NCBI RefSeq assembly: GCF_963921235.1
Contig: NC_086108.1
Coordinates: 64,978,001-65,042,000 of the forward strand
DNA: 64,000 nucleotides
DNA from: Mobula hypostoma
Taxonomy: Eukaryota
Direction: 5' to 3'
The translations under genes were made by a program, and so were the position numbers. Below, piece after piece: positions 23,871 through 38,969 of the stretch. Position 1 is the stretch's first letter, and the number at the start of each line of letters is the position of its first letter. The notes under the pieces are model-generated. The model worked only from the letters and a program-made list of their open reading frames with translations. It was not told where the DNA came from and made no database searches.

Positions 23871-25224
23871 TGTCGCTGCTCTTATTTTATTCAACAGAAA
23901 TGTTTTGTAAAATTTTCTGTGATATGAAAAATATGCATTTGATGCTATGGAAAAACAGTTTGGAGTTAGATCATGTGTTCAAAGTGTTCTTGAACAACAT
24001 GATTGTGTAGCAATTTTTATGAAGCTTCCAGTTTGAGCATTCCATTCTAAAATCTGCAGTTCCCACGGTCAGTGAGTAATGTGAATTAATTTAATATATT
24101 TACATGCTCTTTTATATCAAGTATCGCATTCAGCCACTCTGTCAACATCTAAAGCTGTTTCATGGGTAGTGTACAGCTAGATGCAGGATATACAATTTAA
24201 AAGCAAAGAAATCTAATGCAAACAACCTTCTTAAAAATTCTATCTAAAAAAATATAGATTGCAGGTTGCATATGTTTAGATGTCAGGGTATATAAATATA
24301 TTTATTCATCTGGACCTAAAAGTGAATATTCATTAGTCATAGCCTCCTAATCAATTAGTTCTGTAACTGTCATAATAAATGACAGGCCCTAAGTACTCCC
24401 TGTGCATTTCAATCTCCGACTACGCTATTACCAGCACTTGCCATTGTTTCCCTGGATTCTGCTACGTTCTTGAATTCTAAGATATTTATATTTGCTTTGA
24501 ATTACAAGTAAAATTGTGTTCATGGACTTGGCTTTGTTTGTAATACCAGCAGTCCAACACTTGAAGTTGTTGGTGACACAGTTATATTAGTTCTTGCCTT
24601 TTGTGCTTGTTTTTATGCTGCAGTGATTGGAAAGTTCCAGCTGACCTTGGGTTGAGATGGTTCAGGACTCAGAACAGCACAAAGTTATTTCAATTTTTCT
24701 ACAGATATATGATCATAGAAATCCCTAGAACAAAAATGACTACAGTACTTGGATGCTATAGTTCCAGACACGTTCCATAACTGGTTTATTATGTGTTTGA
24801 GAGGATAGGACACTTGGAGGGAGGGGTGGGAGATCATCATCTTTGGTTGGTGATTTTCTGTAGGAGAATCTTTTATTGCTTAAATGAGACAGGTGTTGAT
24901 TGGTTGCAAGTTGCATTTGACAGATAAAATCTGATCTTGACAGCATAACTTCCTGGATGCCAGAGGCAATGATGCTACTGTGATTGTGATTGCTAAATGC
25001 ACAGGGGAAGGACTTGGTCTCATGAGAGGAAAATGCTGGACAATTGACCTGCCAGATGTAGCATTATTAATTTTAATCCCACCCTTGCGTTTCTTTTTCC
25101 TTTACCACACGTAGCCAAGCTGATCTCATTGCATTTCTGCCGTTTCTTTATGCACCTTACTATTGGAATACATTTTAAAAAGTAATCAAGCAAATTTTAA
25201 AATAAAGCTGGTTGCTTATACATT

Positions 25225-25487
25225 AGTAGCGGGATACTGGTTAATTAGGGCACATCAGAGTGAGTTCATTTTGGTCCAATTAAGTGGCTACCGTAATTAG
25301 TCACAGTTTCATGGCAATTGTTCAAATGGTATAAAAAAGGCAAACTACCGTTTAACTGAGTAACAAGTTATGTATTTAAATGAAATGCATAACAATTTAT
25401 AACACTACCAATTCTACTTCAGTTCTATAAAACTATGTATTGGTTCCTAATAGTTATTCACAGAATAATTCATCCAGTGTACGCTGC
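25225..25487. mobile_element. Tigger/pogo-like element, left-end fragment
   Basis: tagcgggatactggttaattagggcacatc (decayed TIR); homologous to 18815-19010. Confidence 0.6.
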
Positions 25488-28400
25488 TATACGAAGCTAT
25501 GGTTTGGGAAGTATGGCCTACTGGCCTCACAGAATTTGTTCCACTTTATGGGATCTCTCTTGAGTGCAGAGGTTCAGATTGTTAAACCTTTCACAACTGG
25601 AAAGAGTAATTTTGAGCAGGCTGCTCGATGTCCACTGAGATCCAGCTTGATCAAGCCCATATTTTTGTTTGTATAGCTGACAGGTTTGCTCAAGTATTCA
25701 AAGCAAGGTAATGAAAGAATGGCAGAAACTACCTTTTTGCGCTTAGAAGTTGAACACCCCTTACAGAGACCCTAGTTTTTCCATAGAATGATTTTTAACG
25801 GGTTTTTCTCATCATTGTACACATTTCAATTGAACTAGGAGGCATTTAATCTAAAAAATGTTGACAATTACAGACTCTTCTATATTTTAAGTAGTTTCAT
25901 GAAAAATATTGGAATGAGTTTACATCATGTCAGCACAGCACTATGAAAAGAACAATGATGTTTTAGCTTTGTTGGTAATGTTACCTCTGACAATGCTCCT
26001 TCAGACTTGCTCTCCTGATGATGAAATTCAAGCAATCATTTGTCTTGGCTGGGGTTGATACATTTCTTTTAACATCAATAAATGAACTATTTAAAAATAT
26101 CCTATTGTTCTGTTTGGCCAAGGCTATGGCATTACTTCAGTAATCATTTCATTCCCATGCAGTTGTAAAGGTGAGATCCTACTTTGCTAGTAATCTTTAT
26201 GTAACCTATCTTATGGAAATTTTTTAGTTATATTGCATAACTTCAACCCCAACCCCCATCGTAGACTATCACTCAAATAACATGCCGTGCTTTATTATAC
26301 TTCCACAACAATAGTATGTAGGGTAGAAGCTGTAACAAGGTGATTTAAAATTATTTATTGGCATTACAGCTAAAAACAATTACAAAGGGCCTGGTTTGGG
26401 ATGATCTATCACAATGCATGGAATTAATGCTGGTGGTATTCCCCCTGATGAGCTCTCTCCAGACCAGCTGCGAGGTGGAACTGGCTCCATGCAGCAAGTA
26501 GAGCTTTGGTGCAGTTCCTAAGGAACTGCTCCTAAAATACTCTGATGGCTTTTGACAATTGCCTTTTGGAGCAGCTTTATAATGCCCTTGATAGAGGTAT
26601 CTAAATCTCTTCAAATAGTTTCAGAATTAAAATTAAATTTAACTTAAAGCAGCTTAAAATGCTAGCAAGTAACCAAAATAAATGTCAACAATATCTACAG
26701 AGTACTAATTTAGAGTTAAATCAAAAATAGCTATTTCGCTTTTCGGCTAAATGTATATTGGATTGAGCAGCCAACGAAATATACCATATTAGACAGATAT
26801 TAACACTCAGTGCCTCTTTGCTCCCCTCCTCTTGCTCTCCACTGGGGTCTATGAAGCTGCAGACTAATGGACTAGATTATACTCACCTCTACTAAGTGGT
26901 TCCATTAGGGAAATGAGAACAATCTGCTGCTTGATGCTCAACAGCTCCTGATAAAAATCAAATTAGTGAATCCTGTATATAGGCTTAATTTTTTATATAA
27001 ATAGAGGCTCAGCAATGCCATTCAAATAAATGAGATCATGATTCTAAAGGCATACAAACTCAGCTTTAAGGATGAAAAACATATCTGGACCTTGTCTCCA
27101 GCATAACATGGTAGCACTGTTGGGTTCATTAGCAACACCAGCAGTGGAGCAGGAAATCACAAACAAGGTCCAATCTCTTTGGAGTTCAGTGATCTAGATG
27201 TTTTAGATCACAGCATGGAGAGACAAAGTAAAATGCACCAAACATTAGGAAAAATCGAATAGATGTTTCAACAATTCATCAATCCAATATATATTCAGTT
27301 TAAAAGTGCACAGAATTTTTTTTTTGATTTTGCACTAATATATTGGCATGTTTATTCTGTTGCTGTATTGATTGTCTTTAATAAAATTAAGTAAGATTTT
27401 AATAATTTCTTTATAAATTAACCCAGTTGTTCCACGTATTTGCCGATGAGTGGACAAATGGCATTTTCATCTTCAAACGTCTATTTTGGCATAATTCCAC
27501 TCAGCTGCATGGAGATGTCATCTCTGTTTCTGTTTCAATGTTACCTCAGTCAGCACACTTAATAAGCAACTGAACAAATGTCAAACTTCTTTCCCTCCCA
27601 CGCCATACTGCAGCAGAAGGTTAGCACTGTATCATATCACCACCAGTCTTGAAATAACATCAGTCTTGGTCTGTTTATTGAAACCTCATTTCTAATACAT
27701 TAGCTGATATTAAAAAGTGTGTTAGCATCATAGATAGTTTGACAATTTATAAAATTGTTGAATATTATATGTAAGAAATAGGTCATTTGTTCCGTCACTT
27801 ATCAGATAATTGTTCAGGCTTTTCTGGCGTGCAAAATGACCATTGCTGGTTGTGCTAGTACCAATCAGATGAAAGGCAACAAAAAATACTTCAGGAATTG
27901 GTGAGAATCTGGTTTTCACCCTGAATCATGAGGTGAAGCTTATCCCCACGTCTCCTAATGGCAGGTGTATACCATTGCTATTCCGATAGCTGGTGACTCA
28001 AATCTTAAAGAGTACTTTCCATGGCAGCCACGTAAAAATAAAACAGCAAAGGAGGCTCCAATGGAGAAGAGGGCAACTGAGGGGTGAGGAGCAGACCTGT
28101 GTCTGTATGTCTGGTATCTTTCATTCACTGGTCAGGCACGGCAGACATGTGTGTTGTGAGTGGCCCAAGCCACTCTGAAATACAGGCTCATCAGATACCA
28201 ATGGCTGCAGCCTGTACACTGAGGGTAAGGCTACAGAGACACTGCAGTCCCTGTCAGTAAAGCTTGTGGTTAAAAATGGACACAGATGAATAGCCTGATA
28301 GAGGCTGTGGACAAAACAGTATCTCAGTGGGGATCTTTCAGTCCACATCTCTTTGCCAACTTGCTGCAGAATTTGCTTCTTGTTTTACTGTGAGTTATAA

Positions 28401-29439
28401 GTGCAGCTTATAGGTCACCTTTCACAGTCAATTTCCATCAGTAAATGGATAAACTGCCACTGCACACTGTATGATGTCATTGGATACTCATCTGATCCAG
28501 GGCAATCATCAGGCTTGCAAAACTATAATGTACCAGGAGGTGGGGTCAATTGGAAGTTAGGTTAATTTTCCAATAGTTGTTAATTAATGCAGATAAATAA
28601 TCAAACATGCACAAAATGAGTTTTCAATGCAAAATGAATCATGTTCAAGTGAATCCAGTTTCTAGCCAATATTTCCCACCCCCCACCTTTCATATTACTC
28701 CTTAATCTAAACTGTTTTGTATCTAAATGTATGTTAAATATTATATTATCGATTCGAATTCCTTGTGTTTAAGGGCAGTATACAATATATGAGGTTAATT
28801 ATTTTAGACCTGACAATTTTGCATACAGAGGTGTGTGCAAACCTTGATTCATTAAAATGCAAGTAGATTTAATATGCTAGTATCAATTGATATGTACCTA
28901 TTTATAGAACACTTCTTGACTGGTAGGACAAGAGTTACTCTCCAAATAATCTTTGCAGTTGTCAGGGAATGGTTAATCACTTAATTTAATTAAGGAAATT
29001 GTAGCTTTTGAAAAATGCTTGTATGAATAGGCTTCAAAGGAAATGGAGTGACACATCTGGGTAAATTCAGTTCAGGGTCTGTCGTCTGAAGCTTATAGAG
29101 AGATTGTGCTATCCTACTATCTCATACAAAAAGACCAAATTATATTCGTGGCTCATGTAACATGTAACATTAAGGCACTTCACAAACACATGGTTTTTTT
29201 TTTGACCGAGGAAATTATAAGTATTATTAGTCAGATTGAGGTTTTCAAATTTCCTTTTAAAAGTGTTGGATTTAATGAAGGATTGCTTTATGGCCAAGGT
29301 AGCTAAATGCCTTGTTGCAACCTTGTCAAACAAGAGGCAAGATTTGGGGCAAGTCAAAGCACATTTCAGATTGTTGGAGACATGAAATATATGTACAGAT
29401 AGCTGGCAATGTTAAACAGTAAGATGAGAAAAATAAACA

Positions 29440-29735
29440 GTAGTAAGCCATTTATACTCACAGCTCTTCTACCATATTGTGGTCAATATTTTACTTCAGC
29501 AATGCTTTATAATGCCAAACCCATATCCTTAGATTCCTTTAATATTCTAAAGTCTATCAATCTTGGTCTTAAGTATACTTAGTTATTAAACCTCCACAGC
29601 TCCCTTGGTGAAGAATTCCAATTATTTACTATCCTCTGGGTGAAATAATTACTCAGTCGTGATGGCTGGCTCTTTATTTAATATCTGAGCCCTGGTTCTA
29701 GATATTGCATACAGGGGAAGTATCGTCTTTACTGT
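29440..29735 (-). mobile_element. Old CR1 3' fragment
   Basis: ctccacagctcccttggtgaagaattccaattatttactatcctctgggtgaaata is the reverse complement of the FTQRVVNLWNSL-type segment. Confidence 0.6.
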
Positions 29736-30129
29736 CAAACACTGCAATTTGTATCGAATTATCCTGCAAGTGATTACATTATAGTGCAAAATAACACACC
29801 ATAGGGTATTAATGACAAGCAAAGCCATATATTTACCCGCAACATTTCCCACAATACCTTTGGCTACATTGGTGCATCACATGTCCACCAAGCTTCCCAC
29901 TAAAGAGGAACTAATGTACTGTACAGGAAAAATTGGAAAATATTCGACCTACCTTGCCTCAATCACAGAACCATATTCACCATAACTCCTACCATCGACT
30001 TGTATTGTGCAGCCACATGTTCTGAGCCTACCTTCAAATTATTGTTAACATTCACTAAACTCACGCACATCTAAAGAGTGCGTCTTGCAGTTTAGTTTCA
30101 ACAACGCGCAGTTTCTCAGCCAAACTGAC

Positions 30130-30835
30130 TACTGAATGACTTAACACTTTCGATAATGAAAGTCCCTGACAGCTTCCCATATCTCAGGAGGCAATTCTCA
30201 ATGCAGGCAGACGTGATAACATTTACCATTCAGTGCATCAGTACAGCATTTTCCCATCTGATGAAAAGAATGGCTGAAGATTAAGACTTTCAATCCAGCA
30301 TGAAGTTCTGTTCCTGTTGGGCAGCAATGATCCCTACTTTTGAAGACTTGAACTAATCAGACCGGGCACCTCATAATAATGGAAAGGTGCTACCTACATC
30401 ATCTGCCAGATTCTCCAAGTCAACACCTATGGTATTAAGATCCTAATTACATTCATTCACATCTAATTGAAAGGCTGCATCTTCATATGCCCAACACCAG
30501 CTTCCTGAAACAGACACTGGATGGACAAATAAACTAAATCAAAGATTAATGTTGAAACCTCCTTGAAAAGGTGTAATATTTCATCAACTGAGTGGAATCT
30601 CTGTCCTTGAATTACTTAAAATGGAGAAGGAATATCTGGAATGGCATTAAGAACTTTGAGTCCATGTGTCAGGAGTACACTGGAAGAAGTCTACCAAACA
30701 CACCCATGCACACTGTCAATCACCTCTTGTCCCAACTGTGACAGAGTCTCCAGAACCAAAATAGGACTCATCCATCACCTCAACAAGAATTGAAATGGAA
30801 GTAAGTCAACTTCAATCCAAAGAGGCCACTTAAAC
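30130..30835 (+). mobile_element. RTE/BovB-like LINE 3' fragment, decayed
   Basis: FPYLRRQFSMQAD (FPYLGS-like) at ~30175 and a C-terminal knuckle CPNCDRVSRTKIGLIHHL at ~30728-30781. Confidence 0.6.
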
Positions 30836-33800
30836 TGATAAATAAAATATATGCCCCAGCTACTTCACTCTGTTTTATGTCTTGTCCTTCCAGTCTATTA
30901 GTGAATTTTGACTTTAACTTTTCCATTTTATTTGTTTTTTAATTGGATATTTAAAACTATACATTGTCATTCAATTCAGGTCCAAATAACACCCTGCAAT
31001 TCCAACGTTATCTTTCTGTTAGTATAGAGACAACCTTCATGTTATGGGCATTGAAATAGAAATTCACCCTTGCAGAATTCACAAATCACAACCAAAAAGA
31101 TTGATTTATGGAATAAAATTCACTTGCATTGGATCTATGAGGAAAAATTGAAAATTTATATTTTTCAACTTGTCTTACGTGACACGTGCAGATAACACAG
31201 CTATGTGTTTAGAAAATCACGATAAGAATCCTTTCCTGGAAATGCAACTCTCACCATGGTAAGGTATTACACATCTAATACCAAACTAAATATTTCGGTT
31301 TTCTTTTTTATAATTATTTGTATGTGATTCTTTTCCTGCCCCTCCAGCAGATAGATTACATTTGAATTTACTTCCCAAATTTTAGCCTGCAATTATTTAT
31401 TTACAGTGTTCCACACTGAATTGCATTGTCTGTTCTGACTGTCCTAGTGCTTCTGCAGTCTTACACAACGTTTATCCAATCTGCTATCAGCTTAAATCTT
31501 CCTCTTCCTTTCCTTTATTTGCTATAAATAGGAAGTTTTAAATTTATTCTTTCACTTCCTAAATTCATGTTTGTAAGCAAATAAAGGTGGTTCTAAATTT
31601 GCTATTGTTAAAGATCATAGTATTCCTGTCCAAGAAGCTTCCTCTCGTTCCCATTATCTTCTTTCTGCCTTCCAAACATGTCTCCTTTTCTGTTTTGCCC
31701 AAATCTATCTTAATTCTATAACCCCTTTGTAAAAGTCACTTATTTCTTTTGAATTGTTGAATTGTGTTACTGTTTTCAATCAGTACAAATAATATCCATT
31801 GTTCCTTTTCTCAAGCTCTTCTAAGCAGTTTAACTAATCAGCTCTAAAAGTGAGTATTAATTTTACACTTCATTACCGGAATTTTTGTCAATAAACCTCA
31901 AAAGGTCATTTTAATTTTTAAAAATGTCAAAAAATATTTTTGTAATCTTATGTTGTGGGAAATTAAGCAAAAAGCATAATCAATGCAGGTGCTGCAAATC
32001 AAATAAAAACACAAAATGTTGGAAATATCAACAGATCAGGGAGCATAGTTCCCCTCCACAGATGCTGCAGAGGGGAAAATGGAAACAACGGTGCCTAGAA
32101 CTCTGCCTTCTCCAACCTTGCAATTCCTTCTTGTGCTTGAATAGAAGTAATAACAGAAGCTAATATTACTTTTATTGCCTTTAGTTGCTGAACTAGGTAA
32201 ATGTTATTCAGTAGTAGCATCGTTGAGTGAACCAGCTAGATTCTGAAGAATGTGGTCCATAGTAAGAGGCAAGAGAACTAAAGGACAGGTGAACTTTCTT
32301 CACCTTGTCCTGGTCAATCTATCTGCAATATATGTCCATGACAGTGTTGATGGATTGTGTGAGACTGAACCAAAGGTTATGTCTTCTCATCGAGGCCACC
32401 ATGCCAGGTAGTACTATTAACAGCATGGAATTGTAGTCCATAATGTGCTGTGCCTCTGGGTTGACCTCGTCTATACTAGCTACATCGACCTGACAATATG
32501 GAAAATTGTAAGGCAAAAAAAAACACACAAAGTTAGGCAACATTTGAGGAGAGGTAGAAACTAGTCAATAACCTTTCATTAGAATTGTGGAAAATTACCT
32601 GTTTGCCCTGTCCTCAAAAAAATGGACAAATTCATTTCAGCTACTTATCACTTCATTTCTCCACACTCCTCCATTAACAAAGTGATGGAACCTGTTTTCG
32701 ACGGTGTTGTTGTATAGCTTGCCCTGCTTACCAATACTCAGTTAAAATTTTGTTTGAATCACTCTGCATTTGACTATCTATGGTGCCACAATAAAAAGTG
32801 CAATTCATAGCAACGTTTTGGATATTTATCCACCTTCTAGAAGAAATCCTCCAAGGAAGGTATTTCAACACATCATTTTAAGAAAAGCTTCTTCCACTCC
32901 ACCATCTGATTTCTGAATGCTCCATGAACACAACCTTATTGTTCATCTTTTGCACAAAGTATTTATGTAACTTGCACAGTACAAACATCAATGATAATAA
33001 ATCTGATTCTGATATGGCTGTAGTTGTTAGGATCAATTATCTCAGCCACAGAACACTGCTGCTTTTTCTGAGAGATGTGTCAGTCATCTTTAGCTGCTTT
33101 AACAATGGCTTTTCCTCCATTCTGAGTTCAAATTTGGAGAATTCACTGTTTTCATGGTATGCAGTTCCATCTGCAACTTGTCAAAGAATGAAACAGTATC
33201 TGGTTACATGCATCAGGACCTGATAACATTTTGATAGGAACTGATAAGTAGCAAGTAATATTGGCATTATTACATACATACTGTGTGAGTCAATGGTCAT
33301 CTCCATCAAGTCTAGCATACCATTGCTGAGTCACCTTCAGCGTCCCTGGATCACCATTCTCCAGAAGCTCAACTACACCAGCCATATAAATGCTGTTCTT
33401 GCATGTACAGGCAAGAGATTAGAAATGCTCTGCAGTGTAAGTCACTTTCTGACTCCCATTGAATCTTTGCTGTCTATGGGGCACACCAGGAATGATAGAA
33501 TGCTCTCCACTTACGCTCATGAGGTTAGCTCCAAGAGCACTATAAATATTGACACTATAAATCTTGACACTATATTGGATAAAGCAGTCTTCTTGACTGG
33601 GAATCAAGTCTGCTGGTTCAAGAAAGTGGCTTACACCAATCTTTCAAGAACAGTAAGAGATAAATTATAACCCTAATGCTAACCTCGTTAGGTACTCATC
33701 CTCATGAATTAACAATATTCACAGTCTTTATACCTGTGATTGATATTTATGAAATATCTGAACTAATGCTTTTATGTTTTCATATTTGTCTGTGAGTGAA

Positions 33801-34614
33801 CTCCTTAGAGGAGCACAGTCATAGATTACCAGAAGGTCCTCCTACTGAGAAAGTATCATAGAAAACCATGATAGCGTATTTTTATGTTGTTGTAATAGCT
33901 CAATAATTACAAGGTAAATGCATAAGTAAAATATTTATTATACTCATCTTGTAGAATGATTTGCAGGGCACCATGCTGGGTAAGTTTGTTAATTTGCAGC
34001 AAGTCTCTGAAGAGGGGATGTTGGGAATGTGAGTTGCATTTATATGTGTCATGATGTAAGACGCTGAAGAGACAGCGATCTCTCCTCTTAGAGAAAACAA
34101 AGCAGTGAGGATTAAATAAATAGAATTCATCAAAGCTTTAACTTAGTATAATATTATCATACCTAGTGTACTCCTCTAGGAAGCAAATCAGATTTCACTC
34201 ATACAGACAAGTATTTTCTTAGCCTGTTCATCTTTCTAATATTGCTGCTTCATCTCAAAATTAATAAATATATCTGCATTGTTCTGAAGAAATTACTTTG
34301 AATGATTTCTCTATTACAACCATTATTCTCAATGTATCGCACTGTTGAAAAACAGATTTTGTATTGGGTTGACATTTTATAACACTCGAGCTCCTAAATT
34401 TTTCTGAAATATGGTCTCATATATGAGCATTGATTGCAGTATATCTTCAGCTGGTGAGCTTCAAAGCTGCTGCTTTGAAGCTCAGCATCAAAATCTATAA
34501 ATAATACAGATTCTGCCATATCACCAATCCTGATGGAAGAGAAATGGTTGTTGCATTTATTGTATTGGGATGATAAAAATCACATCTACAATAGTAAACA
34601 ATATTTGCGAAAAG

Positions 34615-35040
34615 CAGAAACATGAATAGGCTATTCAATCCCTATCATCTAGTTCAATAAATCAATTAAGAGCTTGGACTATCTTTTTTCTAACCTTAAT
34701 AATCTTGCCAGAAAAATCTGTCATTTTTATTAAATATTCAATTAACCCAGTCTTGTATGTTTAGAGTTCCAAACTTCACCAAACTCTATAAAGAAATACT
34801 TCCTGCCATCAAGCCTAAGTAGTTGAGCTCTAACTTTAAGGTTACGCCCTCTAGTTCTCAACTCTCACCAGAGGAAATGGTTTCTCCCTGACTACCCCAT
34901 AAAATCTTGTAATCTTTTTAATCACCTCAATTATATCACCTATTAATCTTCAGTACTCAGAGGAATACAAGATGAATTATTTCAACGTGCTCTCATAGCT
35001 TAACCTTTAAGCCAGGTTTTCAGTTTGGTATATCTGCTAA
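34615..35040 (-). mobile_element. Old CR1 3' fragment
   Basis: aagcagaaacatgaataggctattcaatccc tail; ttaaggttacgccctctagttct (reverse complement of the TRGH segment). Confidence 0.55.
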
Positions 35041-35715
35041 GTTTCATTTGCCTGGATTTGAAAAAGGTTTGTTTTGGAATTGAATTTTCATCCCATCTCT
35101 CTGCCCTGTTCTGAAATTAGCACTGTTGAAATAAATCTTACAGTACTGATTAGGTTGTGGGTGGATCCAGCTTTACACCATAAAATTATCTAGTACACAT
35201 CGTATCAATTTAGTTGTAGCTTTTTGAAAAAAATGTTTTGATGTGGTGGTATATGGCATAGGTTAAGCCTGAGAATTGATTGTTTTAAGATGATGTGTGA
35301 CCTTGTGATAAAAATCAGGTTCTGCCCGACCTGCTGCGTTCATCCAACGTTTTCTTTTTTCATTTGTGGACTGCGATTATTTCTCCATAACCTCTTTCAT
35401 GTGCCAATATTATCACGCTGTAACATTATTTAAGAATGGGCATTGCTGTTAGAGAATCCCATAGCACAATACAGAGTAATGACATCCAAGACAAAATATT
35501 TTTTTTCATCTCCTATGACCTGCCTAGAATGTTATTAATAACTAGCAGAAATGTAAACAAATTGGCATTTTGATTGAAGCACCACTGTATTAATAAAAAA
35601 AATACATTTGTGGAACTTGTAAAAGGTACATACAGTAAGCAGAGAACCCTTTCCTCTGTTCTCTCTTTCTCCCTCCCCACCCACCCCCCTCAGCACAGAT
35701 CATTGAAAAATGTTT

Positions 35716-36165
35716 AAGAACATAAGAAATAGGAGCAGGAGCAGAATATGTGGATCTTGAGCCAGTTCTGCCATTAAATAAGAATAGAGCTGATCTGATC
35801 TTGGTCTCAATTCTACTTTGCTGCCTTTCCTCTCAGTCTTTATCTCCTCTGTAGTCTGAACATCTCAGACTCCACAGTTATCTGGAATAAAATATTCTAA
35901 AGATTTGCAACCCTCCAAGGAAAGAAATGCCTTCTCATCTCCAGCTGAAGCACACGTGGAGTCCCCATATTCAAAAATATCCCCCACCCCCTAGCTCTAG
36001 ATTCACGCCACAAAAGGAAGTTTCCTCTCAACATTCAAGTATCGACCTTGCAAACCTCCTCTAAACTGCCTCAGTGCATGTGTGTCTCTTGTTAATAAGG
36101 AGACTAAAACAACTGTAGCCTAACTTTTGTATTTCAATATTCCACCATCCTTGTAATAAAGGTGA
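35716..36165 (-). mobile_element. CR1 3' fragment
   Basis: Typical reversed tail taagaacataagaaataggagcaggag...gccattaaataagaatagagctgatctg. Confidence 0.7.
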
Positions 36166-37306
36166 TTAAAAATGTGAAAAGCAGATATTTTGTACTGTAG
36201 ATTTTCTGGCACTAATCAACTTGTCCAACTTTCCCTTTCCCCAAGAAATATGAAAACATCACTCCAGCAGCCAATAACAACTGGCTGAATGAAACATCTA
36301 CTCTGTAACCTTTTGAGTTACAGACTTCAAGACACTGCAGTGACAGCCCCATAAATCATCCAAATGTTAAGTGAATTACTGTAGCCCCAAATTCTAGCTT
36401 TTATGTTGTTTATGTAGTGTCATCTTACTGCTTTAAACATGAAAAAGAGGGGCTTGATGTGCTGTATCAGCAATTCTCTGCCCTTTCTGCTACTGCCATC
36501 TGGCAAGGCAGCTCACAGATGCAGCAAATGTGGCTGCCACAATGCATTTGGTACAATGAGAGGAAACTGAAGCTAAAGTTATTTCTCTGGGTCTCCAGCC
36601 CTGTCTTTTAACTCCTCCCTTCTGCCTGAAGACAAATCTGAAAAGTTATTTCTCCTTTTGCTCGAGTTTCATAAATCACGTGTAATTAAAATTATGTGAA
36701 AGTATGCCCAATTTGGTGGATATTGTTGATCCATTATATAATTAACAGGTTTAATCCATTTTGTAAATGAATGCTCATATATTCTTGTCATATTGCAAAA
36801 ATTTGTCTGAAACAAAAATAAAACAATACAACACCTTTTGTAGTTCTTTAATTGTGCATATATTAGACTTAGATGTAGCTGAGAATAAAGGGGTCAAAGT
36901 TTACTCTATCTCGACATCCTATGTGAAATCAAGGTTTGAACTTCATTGGTGCGAACAGTCATGCAAGCTGCTCGTGGTTTGGCATTGATTCCCAATTCTA
37001 ACATTCACAGGATATGAAGATGAGCATATTGTTATAAGGTTAAACCAGACTGAATTACATTAAAACACAGTCAAAGGAAATTTACTTCACATCTTGTGTC
37101 TGCAAGGAGATTTCTCAATCCAGAAAATCTAGCTAGACAAATGTGCCTTAAATTTTATGCCTTCTATTCCAGCACTGCTATCTCTTCACTGCAGTTACAA
37201 TGGTAAAAGTAAATGAGGGATTCTTGTAATTTCGGATGGGATCTTAAATTCACCAAGCATATTTTGAAGTATTTACTTTGGGCTTTTGTTGGGTCAGCTG
37301 CAGCAG

Positions 37307-38215
37307 AGTTCAAAGTTCAAAGTAAATTTATTATCAATATAGATATATGTCACCATATATTACCCTGAGAATCATTTTCTTGTGGGCATTCACAGTAGAA
37401 CAAAGGACGAAAATAGAATCAATGAAACACTACCTGTAAAAACTGACAAACAACCCCTGAGCAAAAGAAGATGAATTGTGCAAATACAAAAAATATTTAA
37501 ATAAACATTATAAATAAAAGGTAATTAGATAATACTGAGAACATGTGTAGTAGAGTCCTTCAAAGTGAATCCATAGGTTATGGAATCGGTTCAGTGTTGA
37601 GAGGAATGAAGTTATCCATGCTGCTTTAGCAGCGTGATGGTTGAAGGGTAATAAATATCTAACCTGGTGGTGTGGGACCTTAGGCTCTTGTACCTCCCTC
37701 CCAATAGCAGCAGCAAGAAGAGTATAGCTGGAATAGAGGGAGTCCTTGGTCATGAGTGTTGCTTTCTTGTGGCAGAGCTCCTTGTAGATGTACTTATTGA
37801 TGTGAAGAGCTTTTTCTGTGATGGACTGGGCTTTATCCACCACATTTTTGTAGGCATTTCTATCCTTGGACATTGGTGATTTCATATTAGGCTATGATAC
37901 AACCAGTAAGGGTGCTCTCCACTGTGATTCTATAAACGTTTGTCAGCATTTTTGATGACGTGTTGAACCTGAGCAGACTTCTAAGAAAGTAGAGGTGCCT
38001 CTGTGCCTTATTTGTAATGGCACTTAACCTGCTTGTTACAGGACAAATCCTCTGAAATGATGATGCCAAGGAATTTAAAGTTACTGACCCTCTCCAATAC
38101 TCCGATCTGCTAATGAGGCCTGGCTTATAGACCTCTAGTTGTTATTGTGGCACAATTTCAATCTCCCTCCTTAAATCCGATTCATCACCCCATCTGATTC
38201 GGCTAACAGAAGTTT
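37307..38215 (-). mobile_element. Rex1/Babar-type (CR1 superfamily) LINE, 5'-truncated
   Basis: ORF 37887-38069 ITNKAQRHLYFLRSL...YRITVESTLTGCIIA; tail aagttcaaagtaaatttattatc. Confidence 0.75.
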
Positions 38216-38969
38216 CTGGCAGCAGTAAATTAATTAGTAGTGAACCTGGGATAAAGATATTGTAATGAAATACAACAACAGTATACACTGGAGCTAACTT
38301 GTTCCGTTTATCTTCTAAAGGGGATGCTCCACTGATAGGCTGTGGGCTGAAACAGCCCCTGCAACCTCTTTCTTCCTGCAGCTACACTGGGCAAAACGAG
38401 GTTGGAGAACAGGAGGAGTTGGCTCCAGTGATAAGGGTCATATAATATGCCCATTAGATACAGATTCAGGGATGCAGTGAAAAGATTAGAGGGTATCCTT
38501 GTACCTTACTAACAAATAACATTTACCAGACCATGCACTGTGTCATTGATTATGTGACTGAAAAGGTGAAGTGTAAAGGAGGTATCTGCACAACCCCAGT
38601 TTCAGGGGGAATCCCCAGCTGCAATATTCTATCCACTGCCAAAGAACATTCCTACTAGTGGAGATATCTTTTGCCCCTACAATTTACAAATGCAACTGGT
38701 CCCCACTGAGTCTGGACACTCTGGGTACAACTCCACATGAAGTTGGACTTGTGCTGCTTTCCATCCCATACCCTGCTCCTCTTATCCCAATGTACTAGAA
38801 TGAGTGAAGGTAGATATCTGATCTATCAAAATGGCCATTTGTAGGCCGATTCCTGTTGCTATGAGCAACCCCAACTGAGAAGAGGGAAGAAAGAGAGGGA
38901 TTCATCAGAGCTGCTTGTATGCTGTCACCTTCAGAAATTCTTAAAATCCAGTTTATTGTCACCTACTTA

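Noticed and set aside
38300..38930. Possible very old LINE remnants (also ~2540-3330, ~33020-33700, ~45690-46100, ~63660-63990)
   Set aside because: They look repeat-derived but are too decayed to assign a family or boundaries without an HMM search.
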